Assembly: GCA_031409275.1 (NCBI GenBank)
Contig: JANNXA010000051.1
Coordinates: 224,001-288,000 of the forward strand
DNA from: Planctomycetota bacterium
Lineage (GTDB): Bacteria > Planctomycetota > B15-G4 > SIAN01
Length of the DNA: 64,000 nucleotides
Direction: 5' to 3'
Made by a program: the position numbers and the translations under genes. Under the pieces are notes generated by a model. It saw nothing but the letters and a program-made list of their open reading frames with translations, did no database searches and was not told the DNA's origin. Position 1 is the stretch's first letter; every line of letters starts with the position of its first letter. Positions 20,067 through 30,362 of the stretch are shown piece after piece.

Positions 20067-20555
20067 TCACTTCTTCGGGCGGGGCACGTGTTGGTCGATG
20101 AGGATCGGGTTCCCGTCCGGATCGCTCATCGTGAAGCTCGCAGGTCCTGACGTCGATTCGTCCGCGGTCGTCGTCAGGACGAGTCCGCGACTCTTGAGCT
20201 CGCGCTGGAGATCACGCACGTCATCGAAGTCGGGCAGCGTCGCGCACGTCCGGTCCCAGCCCGGGTTGTAGGTCAGGAGGTTCTTCTCGAACATGCCTTG
20301 GAACAGCCCGATCGTGCTGGTCTCGTTCTGGAGGATCACCCACTTCTGCGCCGGAACGCCGCCGCTCTTCCGAAAGCCGAGCTTTTCGTAGAACGCTTGC
20401 GACGCGGCGAGGTCCTTCACCGCCAGGCTCACGGAGAAGTTGCCGAGCCGGATGGGCGCGTCGGCTGCCGTGGTTTTCTGGTTCGCCTGGGTGGCATGCA
20501 TCGACGCATAGCCACCGACGAAGCACGCGCACAAGCTGAGCATGAGTCGAGTCAC
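20067..20555 (-). CDS. VOC/glyoxalase family protein with signal-like N-terminus
   Basis: FSVSLAVKDL..FYEKLGF, DPDGNPILIDQH. Confidence 0.85.
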   Translation of the reverse strand: MTRLMLSLCACFVGGYASMHATQANQKTTAADAPIRLGNFSVSLAVKDLAASQAFYEKLGFRKSGGVPAQKWVILQNETSTIGLFQGMFEKNLLTYNPGWDRTCATLPDFDDVRDLQRELKSRGLVLTTTADESTSGPASFTMSDPDGNPILIDQHVPRPKK

Positions 20556-20724
20556 CGGCAGCTCCCACTTCGACCTGAGGATCGAGGGACGTTCACGCGC
20601 GAACGTCGACGCGCCGCGAACATAACGCCGAAGCGGTCTCCCCTCGTGCGCGCCCGGGTGAACCGCACCGAAGGCGCTTCGCCAGTCGTTTGAGAAGCAG
20701 CGTGGCCTCGACCGAGCTCCGGCG

Positions 20725-22401
20725 TCAGTGCCCCACCACCAGCTGCAGCCCCGCGCTCGCCGACTGCCCCTTCGCGGCGCCCGGGTCCACGATCAAGGAC
20801 TGCACGAAGAACTCGAGCCCGCAGAGCGCCACGTCGTCGTCGAGGTCCTCGGAGAGCGTGACGCCGCCCACCGGCAGCGTGACCGGGATCGCCAGGATCG
20901 GGAGCACGAGCAGGTCGCCGCCCTTCTTCAGTGGGATCGAGGCTGCCGTGTTCCCCACCAGCACGATGGCGAGCGTCGTCGTCGTGGCCGAGCTGCCAAC
21001 GTCGACGTCCAACGTCGTGCCGCTCACGGGCAGCGTCCGCGCGACAAGCGCCGGCACGCCGAGCGCGCCAGGAAATCCTGCGCCGTAGCTCGTCGCGCTC
21101 GCCAACACACAGCGATCGCGAACGAAGAGATCGTCGACGCCATTGGCATCGCCCGTGACGAGGTTCGTTGCAGCGCTCGCGAACGCCACCGCAAGGCCGT
21201 CGGGCGCGATCACCGCCGTCGCGCTGGCTCCGTTCGCCTGCGCCCCGAGGCTGTCGACACTGACTCGCTCGGTGATTCCGCTCGCCCGTTCATGGACGAA
21301 GAGATCGTCGACGCCGTTGCTGTCGTTGGCGACGAGGTTCGCCGCGCTGCTGCTGAACGCCACCACGGCGCCATCGGCGGAGATCGAGGGCGCGAAGCTG
21401 TCGAGCGCCCCTTCGACACCGCTCGAGTCGACGCTGACGCGAGCGGTCGTCGCCGCCACTCGGTCGCGCACGAACAGGTCGCGGCAGCCGTTCGTGTCGC
21501 TCGCCACGAGGTCGGTGGCAAAGCTCGCGAAGGCGATGAAGAGCCCGTCGCCCGAGATCGATGGCGACTCGCTCGCGCCGTTGGCGTCGCTGCCGGAGCG
21601 GTCGAGGCTGACTCGCTCGGTGACGGCCGCGCTGCGATCGTGCACGAAGATGTCGGCGAGCGCATTGGCGTCCGCCGCGACGAGGTTGCTCGCCTGGCTC
21701 ACAAAGGCGACGCGGAGCCCGTCCGCGGAGATCGAAGGCGTGTCGCTTGCGCCGTTGGCCTGGACGCCCGCCGAGTCGAGACTGACCCGCCGGCTGAGGC
21801 CGGTGGTGCGGTCATGCACGAAGACGTCGCGCACGCCGTTGGTGTCGCCGCCGATCAACTGCGTGTTGTCCGTTGCGAACGCGACCTGCTGTCCGTCGGC
21901 CGAGAGCGCGGGAGAGGAGGCGTCGCCGTCGCCCTGAACGCACTTGCAGACCACGCTGACGCGAGTGGTGCCGCCGGTCGCGCGGTCGTGGACGAAGATG
22001 TCGGCGTGGGCATTCGTGTCGTTGGTGACGAGGTTGGTGGCGAAGCTCTGGAAGGCGACGATCTGCCCATCGGACGAGAGCGCCGGAGTGAAGCTGCCGC
22101 CGTTGCCCTCGACGCCGCTCGAATCGATGCTGACTCGTTCGATCAGGCCAGTGGTGCGATCGACCACGAAGACGTCGGAGACGCCGTTGTTGTCGCCCGC
22201 AACCAGGTTCGGCGCATCGCTCGCGAAGGCCACGACGCGGCCGTCGGCCGACGTCGCCGGGGAGCGACTGGCACCGGTTCCCTCGACCCCCGCCCCGTCC
22301 ACGCTGACCCGAACCGTCTGCTGGGCGAAGAGCGGGGCCTGCGCGAACAGGGCGATCCACGCCACGCCGAGCGACCTGCCGACCGTCCGACCGAGATCCA
22401 T
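20725..22401 (-). CDS. Secreted TolB/PD40-like beta-propeller protein (7 repeats) with C-terminal beta domain
   Basis: Signal peptide; seven ~58-aa repeats RVS.D..G...P..S.DG..VAF.S.A.NLV..D.NG..D.FV.DR. Confidence 0.85.
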   Translation of the reverse strand: MDLGRTVGRSLGVAWIALFAQAPLFAQQTVRVSVDGAGVEGTGASRSPATSADGRVVAFASDAPNLVAGDNNGVSDVFVVDRTTGLIERVSIDSSGVEGNGGSFTPALSSDGQIVAFQSFATNLVTNDTNAHADIFVHDRATGGTTRVSVVCKCVQGDGDASSPALSADGQQVAFATDNTQLIGGDTNGVRDVFVHDRTTGLSRRVSLDSAGVQANGASDTPSISADGLRVAFVSQASNLVAADANALADIFVHDRSAAVTERVSLDRSGSDANGASESPSISGDGLFIAFASFATDLVASDTNGCRDLFVRDRVAATTARVSVDSSGVEGALDSFAPSISADGAVVAFSSSAANLVANDSNGVDDLFVHERASGITERVSVDSLGAQANGASATAVIAPDGLAVAFASAATNLVTGDANGVDDLFVRDRCVLASATSYGAGFPGALGVPALVARTLPVSGTTLDVDVGSSATTTTLAIVLVGNTAASIPLKKGGDLLVLPILAIPVTLPVGGVTLSEDLDDDVALCGLEFFVQSLIVDPGAAKGQSASAGLQLVVGH

Positions 22402-22640
22402 CGAGTTCTCCCGTTCCTTCTGGTGCGTCCTGCGGATCGAGTGCAAAGCGCAACTTGCCTGCCACTCCCGAGCAGAGGCCGCCAACTGCTCCGTGGGCAC
22501 GCCGTACCGCGACCGGGGAATCGAGCCCGACTGGTGGTGCGAGCGGAGTGCCGCGTGCCACCGCTGCGGAGGACGGCCTCTGGCCGCGCTTCGGCGCGCG
22601 AATCGCCTCAGCAGCACGACCCTTCGCCCCGGAGCTTCCG

Positions 22641-24806
22641 ATGTCCGCCACACCGCTGCCGCCGCGTCCCGTCGGGCTCGACGCCTTGTTCCGCCCGCGG
22701 GCGGTCGCCGTCGTCGGTGCGTCGCGATCGGGAAGCGGCGTCGGCTACCTCGCGTTGAAGAAGCTGCTGGCCGGCGGTTTCCACGGGGCGGTCATTCCGG
22801 TCCATCCGAGCGCGCGCTCGATCGCCTCCGTCGCGGCGGTTCCTTCCATCGCGGAGTTGCCCGCCGACGTCGACCTCGCCGTGCTGGCGGTTCCTGCGCC
22901 GCTCGTCGAGGAGGTCGTGATCGCCTGCGCGAAGAAGGGGATCGGGGGCGTCATCGTCTTGTCGGCCGGCTTCGCGGAGATCGATGCGGCTGGCAAGGCG
23001 CGCGAGGCGCGAGTGCGCGACGTGATCCGCGCCCACGGCATGCGGATGGTGGGACCCAACTGCCTCGGCCTGCTGAACACCGATCCCGAGATCTCGCTCG
23101 ACGCCACCTTCGCACCGGTGGAGCCGCTGCCCGGTCGCGTCGCGATGGCTTCGCAGAGCGGAGCGCTCGGCGTCGCCATCCTCGAGACGGCGCGCGAACT
23201 CGACCTCGGCCTCTCCGCGTTCGTCAGCGTCGGCAACAAGGCCGACGTGTCGGGCAACGACCTGCTCGAGTACTGGGAAGACGATCCGCGCACCGACCTC
23301 ATCCTGCTCTACCTCGAGTCGTTCGGCAATCCGCGCCGCTTCGCATCGATCGCACGGCGCATCACGCGCAAGAAACCGATCCTGGCGGTGAAGGCGGGGC
23401 GCACGAAGGCGGGCCAGCGCGCTGCCGGCTCGCACACCGCGGCGCTCGCCGCACCGGAGCGCTGCGTCGAAGCGCTGTTCCGCCATTGCGGCGTGCTGCG
23501 CGTGGCGACGCTCGAGGAGATGTTCGATGCGGCGACGTTGCTCGCCCATCAGCCGCTGCCGCGCGGCCATCGAGTGGCGGTGCTCACCAACGCCGGTGGT
23601 CCCGGCACCCTCTGCGCCGACGCCTGCGAGTCCGAAGGACTGCTCCTGCCCGAACTCGTTGCCGCCACGCATCGCGCGCTCGAAGCGGCGCTCCCCCACG
23701 CCGCGAGCCTCGTCAATCCGGTCGACCTTTCGGCGCCGGCGACCGCGGAGGACTACCGCCGCGCGCTCCCGCTGCTGCTCGACGATCCGAACATCGACGC
23801 GGTCATCGTGCTGTTCGTGTCGGCCGGCGTGATCGACGTCGACAGCATCGCGATGGCGATCAAGGCGGGTCGGCGCGCCGCGCATGGCGGCCGCGCCAAG
23901 CCGATGGCGACCTGCTTCGTCGGCAAACGCGGCATTCCGGCGGCACTCTCGAGCGACGCGGAATCGGTCCCGTCCTATCGCTTCCCCGAATCGGCGGCGC
24001 GCGCGCTCGCTTGCGCGGTGCGGCGCTCCGAATGGCTGGCGCAACCCGTCGGGGTCGAGCCGACGCTGAGCGACGTCGATGTGAAGACGGCGCAAGCGCT
24101 GGTGCGCTCGGCGTTGGCCCATCGCGGTCCGGGCTGGCTGACGCCATGCGAGCAGGAGAATCTGCTCGCCGCCTTCGGGATCCCCCACCTGCGCAGCACG
24201 CTCTGCCGCGACGCGGAGGCTGCGGTGGCCGCCGCTGCGGCGCTCGATGGCCCCGTCGCCGTGAAGCTCGCCTCCGCCACGCTGGTCCACAAGAGCGAAT
24301 GGAACGGCGTGCACCTGAACGTGCTGGGTGCCGCCGCCGTGCGCCGCGCCTGTGCCGCGATCGAGGCGCGCCTGGTCGCGGCGGGCCGCCGCGATGAGCT
24401 GCTCGGCTACACCGTGGCGCCGATGGCAGCAGCCGGGATCGACACGTTGGTGGGCCTCTACGCCGATCCGAACTTCGGCCCGCTGCTGGCGTTCGGCCTC
24501 GGCGGGGTCACCACCGAGTTGATGAACGACACCGCGTTCCGGCTCGTCCCGCTGACCGACGCGGAGGCGCAGCGCATGGTCGGCTCGATCAAGGGAGTCG
24601 AGCTGCTGCGTGGATTCCGAGGCGCGCCGCTCGCCGACGAACCGGCGCTCGTCGACCTCGTGCTCCGCGTGGCACGCCTCGCCGTCGAGCTCCCTGAAGT
24701 GCAGGAGCTCGATCTGAATCCGGTACGCGTCTTCGAGCGCGGCCGCGGCGCCTGCGCGCTCGATGCTCGCATCCGCATCGGCGCGCCACCCGCGGCCGCG
24801 ACCTGA
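22641..24806 (+). CDS. Acetate/acyl-CoA ligase (ADP-forming) family, fused alpha/beta
   Basis: AVVGAS, GPNCLG, SQSGA, SHTAAL phospho-His motif, C-terminal ATP-grasp (ELDLNP); GGAG RBS. Confidence 0.9.
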   Translation: MSATPLPPRPVGLDALFRPRAVAVVGASRSGSGVGYLALKKLLAGGFHGAVIPVHPSARSIASVAAVPSIAELPADVDLAVLAVPAPLVEEVVIACAKKGIGGVIVLSAGFAEIDAAGKAREARVRDVIRAHGMRMVGPNCLGLLNTDPEISLDATFAPVEPLPGRVAMASQSGALGVAILETARELDLGLSAFVSVGNKADVSGNDLLEYWEDDPRTDLILLYLESFGNPRRFASIARRITRKKPILAVKAGRTKAGQRAAGSHTAALAAPERCVEALFRHCGVLRVATLEEMFDAATLLAHQPLPRGHRVAVLTNAGGPGTLCADACESEGLLLPELVAATHRALEAALPHAASLVNPVDLSAPATAEDYRRALPLLLDDPNIDAVIVLFVSAGVIDVDSIAMAIKAGRRAAHGGRAKPMATCFVGKRGIPAALSSDAESVPSYRFPESAARALACAVRRSEWLAQPVGVEPTLSDVDVKTAQALVRSALAHRGPGWLTPCEQENLLAAFGIPHLRSTLCRDAEAAVAAAAALDGPVAVKLASATLVHKSEWNGVHLNVLGAAAVRRACAAIEARLVAAGRRDELLGYTVAPMAAAGIDTLVGLYADPNFGPLLAFGLGGVTTELMNDTAFRLVPLTDAEAQRMVGSIKGVELLRGFRGAPLADEPALVDLVLRVARLAVELPEVQELDLNPVRVFERGRGACALDARIRIGAPPAAAT

Positions 24807-24818
24807 TCGCCGCGGACC

Positions 24819-25301
24819 TCAGGTCGGGAAGACCGCCAGCAGATCGAGCGTGGTGACGATGCCGATCGGCCGTCGTTGCGCATCGATGACCACGAGACGA
24901 TGCACCTTCTCGTCGGCCATCCGGCGCGCCACCGTGACGAGCTTCTCCGACGACTTCGCCGTGATCGGCTCGACCGTCATGACGTCGTCGACGATGCCGA
25001 GACGTGCCACATCGATGTCGACCTTCGAGGTCGCGTCGGCCGTCAGCAGGTCGAGCCACTGTTCGTCGTGGCGCGCCTCCGCGGGCCCCTCGAGGAGACG
25101 CCGCAAGAGGTCCGTGCGCGAGACCACGCCGACGAGGCGCAGCTGGTCATCGACCACTGGCAACCCGGAGACCTCGTGCTGATCGAGCAGTTCCGCTACT
25201 TCACGCAGCGTCGAGCCGCGCTCGACGACGATCGGGTCGCGGGTCATCAGATCCTCGACCGTCGGCTGGCCGAGCTTCGCGCGCTTGGGGACGGTCGTCA
25301 T
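24819..25301 (-). CDS. CBS-pair protein
   Basis: VEDLMT..SGLPVVD..LVGVVS..DLL; VDDVMT..HRLVVID..GIVT..DLL. Confidence 0.9.
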   Translation of the reverse strand: MTTVPKRAKLGQPTVEDLMTRDPIVVERGSTLREVAELLDQHEVSGLPVVDDQLRLVGVVSRTDLLRRLLEGPAEARHDEQWLDLLTADATSKVDIDVARLGIVDDVMTVEPITAKSSEKLVTVARRMADEKVHRLVVIDAQRRPIGIVTTLDLLAVFPT

Positions 25302-25477
25302 GGCTCGCTCCAGAAGGGTTCCGCTGGACGAGCGACGGACTGCAACGCGTGGGCCGTGGGTCGAGGAGGCAGGGCGCCAACGGCAACGCGGGCGCGGCGC
25401 GGCACGCCGTCCTGCTTTGGTGGGAGACGGATCCCGCGGCGGTTCGCGAGACGGGATCGACTCCCCGCTGCCCGCGC

Positions 25478-26401
25478 TCACCGCCCCTTGCGCACGAGGC
25501 CGCGGTGGCGCAGGTTCTCGAAGACGGCGCGCGCCGACGGGCTCTTGTTCAAGGTGTAGAAGTGGATCCCCGGTGCGCCGCCGCGCAGCAACTGCTCGCA
25601 CTGCGCGGTGGCATGGTCGATGCCGACGTTCATGACGACCTGCGGATCGTCGCGAACGCGATCGAGCCGCTCGCGCAGATCCAACGGAATCGACGCGCCG
25701 CACATCGAGGTGAAGCGCTCGAGCTGCTCGACGTTGGTGACCGGCATCACGCCCGGCACGATCGGCACGCGGATGCCCGCCGCACGCGCGCGCTCGACGA
25801 ACGTGAAGTAGAGCGCTGGATCGAAGAAGAGCTGAGTCAACAGGAAGCGGACGCCGGCATCGACTTTCGCCTTCAAGTGCGCGACACCCGCGGTGAGGTC
25901 GCGCGTCTCGGGATGGCCTTCCGGGTAGCACGCACCGCCGATGGCGAAGCGGCCGTCGCGACGCACGAAGTCGGCGAGCTCGCTGGCGAAACGGAAGCCG
26001 CCGGCAGTCGCCTCGAACCCCTTCGCCCCCTTCGGCGGATCGCCGCGCAGGGCGAGCACGTTCGCGATGCCGGCGGCATGCAGCCGATCGAGCACCCCGG
26101 CGAGTTCCTCGCGAGTCGCCCCCACGCAGGTGAGGTGAGCCATCGGCAGCAGCGACCAGTCCCGGCGGATGCGCCCGACCAGTTCGACCGTCTTCTCGCG
26201 GGTCGTGCCGCCTGCCCCGTAGGTGACCGACACGAAAGCCGGGTGGAGCGGCTCGAGCTTGCGCAGCGCATCGTCGAGCTGAGCGTCCGCATCGGCGCTC
26301 TTCGGCGGGAAGAACTCGAAGCTCACCACGGGTTCGCCGCGCGCGACGCCGCGGTCGTAGAGCTCGTCGATGCGTCCGTGGGAGGCGTTGGGCGTCGGCA
26401 T
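25478..26401 (-). CDS. metF: Methylenetetrahydrofolate reductase
   Basis: SFEFFPPK, SVTYGAGG, AHLTC, LALRGD, YPEGH, TQLFF, HFYTLN. Confidence 0.97.
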   Translation of the reverse strand: MPTPNASHGRIDELYDRGVARGEPVVSFEFFPPKSADADAQLDDALRKLEPLHPAFVSVTYGAGGTTREKTVELVGRIRRDWSLLPMAHLTCVGATREELAGVLDRLHAAGIANVLALRGDPPKGAKGFEATAGGFRFASELADFVRRDGRFAIGGACYPEGHPETRDLTAGVAHLKAKVDAGVRFLLTQLFFDPALYFTFVERARAAGIRVPIVPGVMPVTNVEQLERFTSMCGASIPLDLRERLDRVRDDPQVVMNVGIDHATAQCEQLLRGGAPGIHFYTLNKSPSARAVFENLRHRGLVRKGR

Positions 26402-26507
26402 GGGGCGGGGATTGTAGGCGCATCAAAGCCCTGGGCAGAAACGGAAGGTCGAGCTATTTCGTGGCTCGAAGCCCGGAAGTTCACTCCAGAAGAAGAAGGG
26501 GAACACC

Positions 26508-28610
26508 ATGGTCTTGAACGCTGTTTCGTTTCGAACGAGCCTCGCAGGTGCGGCGTTCGTCGCCGCGTTCGCCGCGATGCCCACGGCGCATGCCGGCGAT
26601 TGGTACGTGGACGCCAAGGCGAACTGCGCACAAGGCAACGGCAGCGCGGCGAAACCGTACTGCACGATCGCCGCGGCGATCACGGCCGCCATCGACGGCG
26701 ACACGATCCACATCGCTCCGGCAACCTACGTCGAGAGCCTCACGGTTTCGGAGTCGCTCAACCTCATCGGCACCGCGGGGGCCGCAACGACGATCCTCAG
26801 CGGCAGCGGCGTTTCACGGATCCTCAACCACAGAGGGGGCGTGAGCGTCTCGCTGCAAGGACTCTCGCTTCGCTCCGGAGCACCCGGAATCGAGGTGATC
26901 CATGGCGGCGACTTGACGCTGACCGATTGCACCGTGAGCAACTGCTCGCTGGCGACCGGCGGAGCCGCCGTGACCGCCGTCGATGCCGTGATCGTGATCG
27001 AGCGCTGCACCTTCGCCGACAACAAGGCGCTCGGAGGTGTCAATGCGACCGTTCCCGGTGGCGCGATCGACGCGACCCGCGGGAGCCTCACCCTGCTCGA
27101 TTCGACGTTCAGCCGCAACCAGGCCGGCGGCGTGGTCAACAAGTGCGGTCAAGGTGGCGCCATCAGCGCGTTCGACGGCACGCTCCTCATCGCGGAGCGC
27201 TGCACGTTCAACGACAACGCCTGCGTCGGAGGAGATGGCGGCGCCATCGCGCTCACCGAACTCAGCATCCTCGGCGTGCTCGCCGCTCCGGTGGACGCCA
27301 CCTTCAGCGGTTGCACGTTCACCGGCAACAACTCGGACACCAATGGCGCGGCCATCAAGGCGCGCAACGGCACCGAGTTCAAACTGACGGATTGCTACTT
27401 CAGTCGCAACTTTGCGTACTGCGGCGGCGCAATCGACTACTCGCTCGGAGCGCTCGTCGCGACGCGCCCCCTTGCGCTCACCCGCTGCAAGTTCATCGGC
27501 AACGGTGGCACCGACCATCGCGGCAACGGCGCCTGCGGAGGTGCCGTGCGCCAACGGTCCGGCGACCTGCGGCTTTCTGACTGCCTCTTCGAAGGCAACT
27601 TCGCCGGCGAAGGCAAGCGCTCCAATGGGATCGGCGGCGCCGTCGCGATGGTCGACGGCAGCGCGCTGCGATGCCGTTTCGTCGGCAACCGCGCCGAAGG
27701 CAGCAAGAACCTCATCGGCGGCAGCGGCGGTGCCATGGAGATCGAGGGGATCGTGACGCTGACCGATTGCATCCTCGAGCGCAACAACGCCACCAACCGC
27801 CTGAGCAACTTCGCCGGCGACGGCGGCGCGATCGTGGCCAGCGCTGGCTCGATCGTGACGCTCACGCGCTGCACGATCGCGGGCAACGTCGCCGACACCA
27901 CGCACGGCAACGCGAAGGGCGGCGGACATGGCGGCGGCATCTCGATCGCACCGACCGCGACGGTGTCGCTCGACCACACCATCGTCGCCAGCAACGTCGC
28001 CGAGGTCGTGGGCAATGACCTCCACGGAGTCGCCTCCCTCGTCGACTACAACTGCATCGGCGATACCGCCAAGGTGTCGTTCTCCACGACCGGGCCCAAC
28101 GACCTGCTCGATGTCGATCCGCAGTTCCTCGACCCGGCCAGCGGCGCCTACTCGCTGGCGCCGAGTTCCCCGTGCATCGACAGCGGCGATCCCTCGCTGC
28201 AGATCGCCGGCAAGGATGTCGAGGCGTTCCCGAGGACCCTCGATGGCGACCTCGATTCGCAACTGCGCATCGATCGCGGCGGCCACGAGTTCTGCCACGT
28301 GCGCCTCGCCATCAGCGGCAGCTTCACGCCGGGCGGCACGGTGACGGTCCGCTCGGACGGTCTCGCCGGCCTCGGCACCTTCCTGATCGTCGGCGCCGCC
28401 GAAGGGCTGCTGCCGCTGAACGGACTCGGCGAGCTCTACATCGAGCTGCTCCAGCCCTTCACGCTGCTGCCGTGGTTCGCGCTTCCGAGCAGCGTCGATG
28501 TCGACATCGATCCCTCGCTGCCCGTCCCCGCGACCTTCTACGTGCAGGAGTTCGCCTACGGCAGCGGCGCCGGCAACCTCTCCAACCTGCTGCGTCTCGA
28601 TTTCAAGTAA
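26508..28610 (+). CDS. Secreted parallel beta-helix protein (choice-of-anchor-Q-like) with C-terminal beta domain
   Basis: Signal peptide AHA|G; WYVD..G.GS..PY.TI..AI; GGAI/FxxN repeats; DPQF..L...SPCIDSG. Confidence 0.8.
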   Translation: MVLNAVSFRTSLAGAAFVAAFAAMPTAHAGDWYVDAKANCAQGNGSAAKPYCTIAAAITAAIDGDTIHIAPATYVESLTVSESLNLIGTAGAATTILSGSGVSRILNHRGGVSVSLQGLSLRSGAPGIEVIHGGDLTLTDCTVSNCSLATGGAAVTAVDAVIVIERCTFADNKALGGVNATVPGGAIDATRGSLTLLDSTFSRNQAGGVVNKCGQGGAISAFDGTLLIAERCTFNDNACVGGDGGAIALTELSILGVLAAPVDATFSGCTFTGNNSDTNGAAIKARNGTEFKLTDCYFSRNFAYCGGAIDYSLGALVATRPLALTRCKFIGNGGTDHRGNGACGGAVRQRSGDLRLSDCLFEGNFAGEGKRSNGIGGAVAMVDGSALRCRFVGNRAEGSKNLIGGSGGAMEIEGIVTLTDCILERNNATNRLSNFAGDGGAIVASAGSIVTLTRCTIAGNVADTTHGNAKGGGHGGGISIAPTATVSLDHTIVASNVAEVVGNDLHGVASLVDYNCIGDTAKVSFSTTGPNDLLDVDPQFLDPASGAYSLAPSSPCIDSGDPSLQIAGKDVEAFPRTLDGDLDSQLRIDRGGHEFCHVRLAISGSFTPGGTVTVRSDGLAGLGTFLIVGAAEGLLPLNGLGELYIELLQPFTLLPWFALPSSVDVDIDPSLPVPATFYVQEFAYGSGAGNLSNLLRLDFK

Positions 28611-28619
28611 ACAGGGGGC

Positions 28620-29483
28620 GTGGAACACGCCATCGAGACGAGCGGGCTCACGGTCCGCTACCCCCACGGCATCGGCATCGAGTCGGTCGAGTTCTTCGTC
28701 GAGCGCGGCGAGCGATTCGGCTTCCTCGGCAAGAACGGCGCCGGCAAGACCACCACCATTCGCGTGCTGCTCGACCTGCTGCGTCCCGACGCAGGCAGCG
28801 CGCGGCTGCTGGGCGTCGACGTGCGTTCGGGCGGAAGCGAGCTGCGCAAGCGAGTGGGCTACCTGCCCGGCGATCTCGCGTTGCCAAGCGGGCTCACCGG
28901 CCGCCAGGCGCTCGATCTCTTCGCACGACTGCAAGGCAAGGAGCCGTGCCGGCGCGACCTCGTGATCGACCGGCTCGGATTCCCGCGGGTGGCGCTCGAC
29001 CGCAAGGTGCGCGGCTACTCGACCGGCATGCGCCAGATGATCGGCATCACGCTGGCGATGCAGCACGCACCCGAGCTGCTGATCCTCGATGAGCCGACCA
29101 GCGGGCTCGACCCGATGGTGCGCGACGCCTTCCTCGACCTCGTGCGCGAGTGCCCCGCCAACGGGCAGACGGTCCTGCTGTCGAGCCACGTGCTCGACGA
29201 GGTCGAGCGCTGCGCCGATCGCGTGGCGATCCTGCACCAGGGTCGGCTGCGCAAGATCGGCCGCATCGACGAGCTGCGGCGCGCGGCCCCCACCATCGCC
29301 ACGCTGACCTGGAGCGACGGCACCCGGAGTGCGATCGAAGGGCATGACGGCGCCGCGGCGCTGCTTGCCGCCGCTCATGCGCAAGCGCAGCGGCGGCCGG
29401 GCGAGCTGCGCGACGTCGAAGTGAAGACGCCCGGACTCGACGCGATCTTCCGCGCCGTCGTCGCCGCAAAGCCGCCTCGATGA
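28620..29483 (+). CDS. ABC-2 type transporter ATP-binding protein
   Basis: GKNGAGKT, YSTGM, ILDEPTSGLD, SSH. Confidence 0.93.
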   Translation: MEHAIETSGLTVRYPHGIGIESVEFFVERGERFGFLGKNGAGKTTTIRVLLDLLRPDAGSARLLGVDVRSGGSELRKRVGYLPGDLALPSGLTGRQALDLFARLQGKEPCRRDLVIDRLGFPRVALDRKVRGYSTGMRQMIGITLAMQHAPELLILDEPTSGLDPMVRDAFLDLVRECPANGQTVLLSSHVLDEVERCADRVAILHQGRLRKIGRIDELRRAAPTIATLTWSDGTRSAIEGHDGAAALLAAAHAQAQRRPGELRDVEVKTPGLDAIFRAVVAAKPPR

Positions 29484-30307
29484 GCGCTCCCTTGATGCGA
29501 CTGCTGGCGCGCCGCTTCGCGCTGGGCTGCGGACTGTCGGCGTTGGTGCCGGTGCTGCTCGGCGTGATGACGGGCCACCTCTGGCCGCAATATCGCGAGC
29601 AACTCGCCGCGCTCGAGAAGTTCGGCTTCATGAAGATCGCGCAGACCTTCCTGCGCAGCGATCTGCTGCCGGCGGACTCGACTTCGTTCCTCTTCCAGCT
29701 TCCCTTCGTCCATCCGGTGACGATGCTGGCCCTGGTCGTCGCCATGGCGTTGCCGACGCTCGCCTTCCCGGCGGGCGCACGCGGTCGCGGGACGCTCGAC
29801 CTGCTGCTCGCTTCGCCGCTCTCGCGCGGGACGCTGGTCACCACCACGTTCCTCTTCACCGTGCCGTTCGCGGTGCTGCACGCCCTGGCGCCGCTGCTCG
29901 GCGTCTGGCTTGGCGGCGCACTCGCCGGAGTCGGCTCCGAACTCCCGTTCGCGGCGTTCTTCCGCGTCAGCTTCGAGACGTTCGCGCTCGCGATCTTCTT
30001 CTCCGGCCTGACGTTGCTGCTCTCGGTCGGACTGGCGCCGAAGCGAGCGCTGCGCGGCCCCGAAGGCGGAGGCGCGCTCGCGGCGCTGGCGGTCGTGGTG
30101 CTCTGGTCGCTGCTCGCCGAGATCGTCGCGACCTACTGGAAGGCGATCGCCTGGCTCAAGGTGGCGACTCCCTTCGGCTGGTTCGAACCACCGCAAGTCC
30201 TCGCCGGGGTGGCGAGCCCGTGGCGCGACGGCGGCGTGCTGCTCGCGGCGGGAGTCCTTTCATTCGCGCTCGCCTGGCGCAACGAGCGCGCGCGTCGCAG
30301 CGCGTGA
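29480..30307 (+). CDS. ABC-2 type permease
   Basis: ~6 TMs, GTLDLLLASPLSR motif, ATGA overlap with ATPase. Confidence 0.85.
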   Translation: MSAPLMRLLARRFALGCGLSALVPVLLGVMTGHLWPQYREQLAALEKFGFMKIAQTFLRSDLLPADSTSFLFQLPFVHPVTMLALVVAMALPTLAFPAGARGRGTLDLLLASPLSRGTLVTTTFLFTVPFAVLHALAPLLGVWLGGALAGVGSELPFAAFFRVSFETFALAIFFSGLTLLLSVGLAPKRALRGPEGGGALAALAVVVLWSLLAEIVATYWKAIAWLKVATPFGWFEPPQVLAGVASPWRDGGVLLAAGVLSFALAWRNERARRSA

Positions 30308-30362
30308 GCCGCCGGTTGCGGGTCGGGCTAAGCTCGCGACCCCTTCCACCGGAGACGCGCCG

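Noticed and set aside
26402..26507. SAM riboswitch upstream of metF
   Set aside because: No SAM-I/II consensus, and a -10-like TACAAT 9 nt before the ATG leaves no room for a leader
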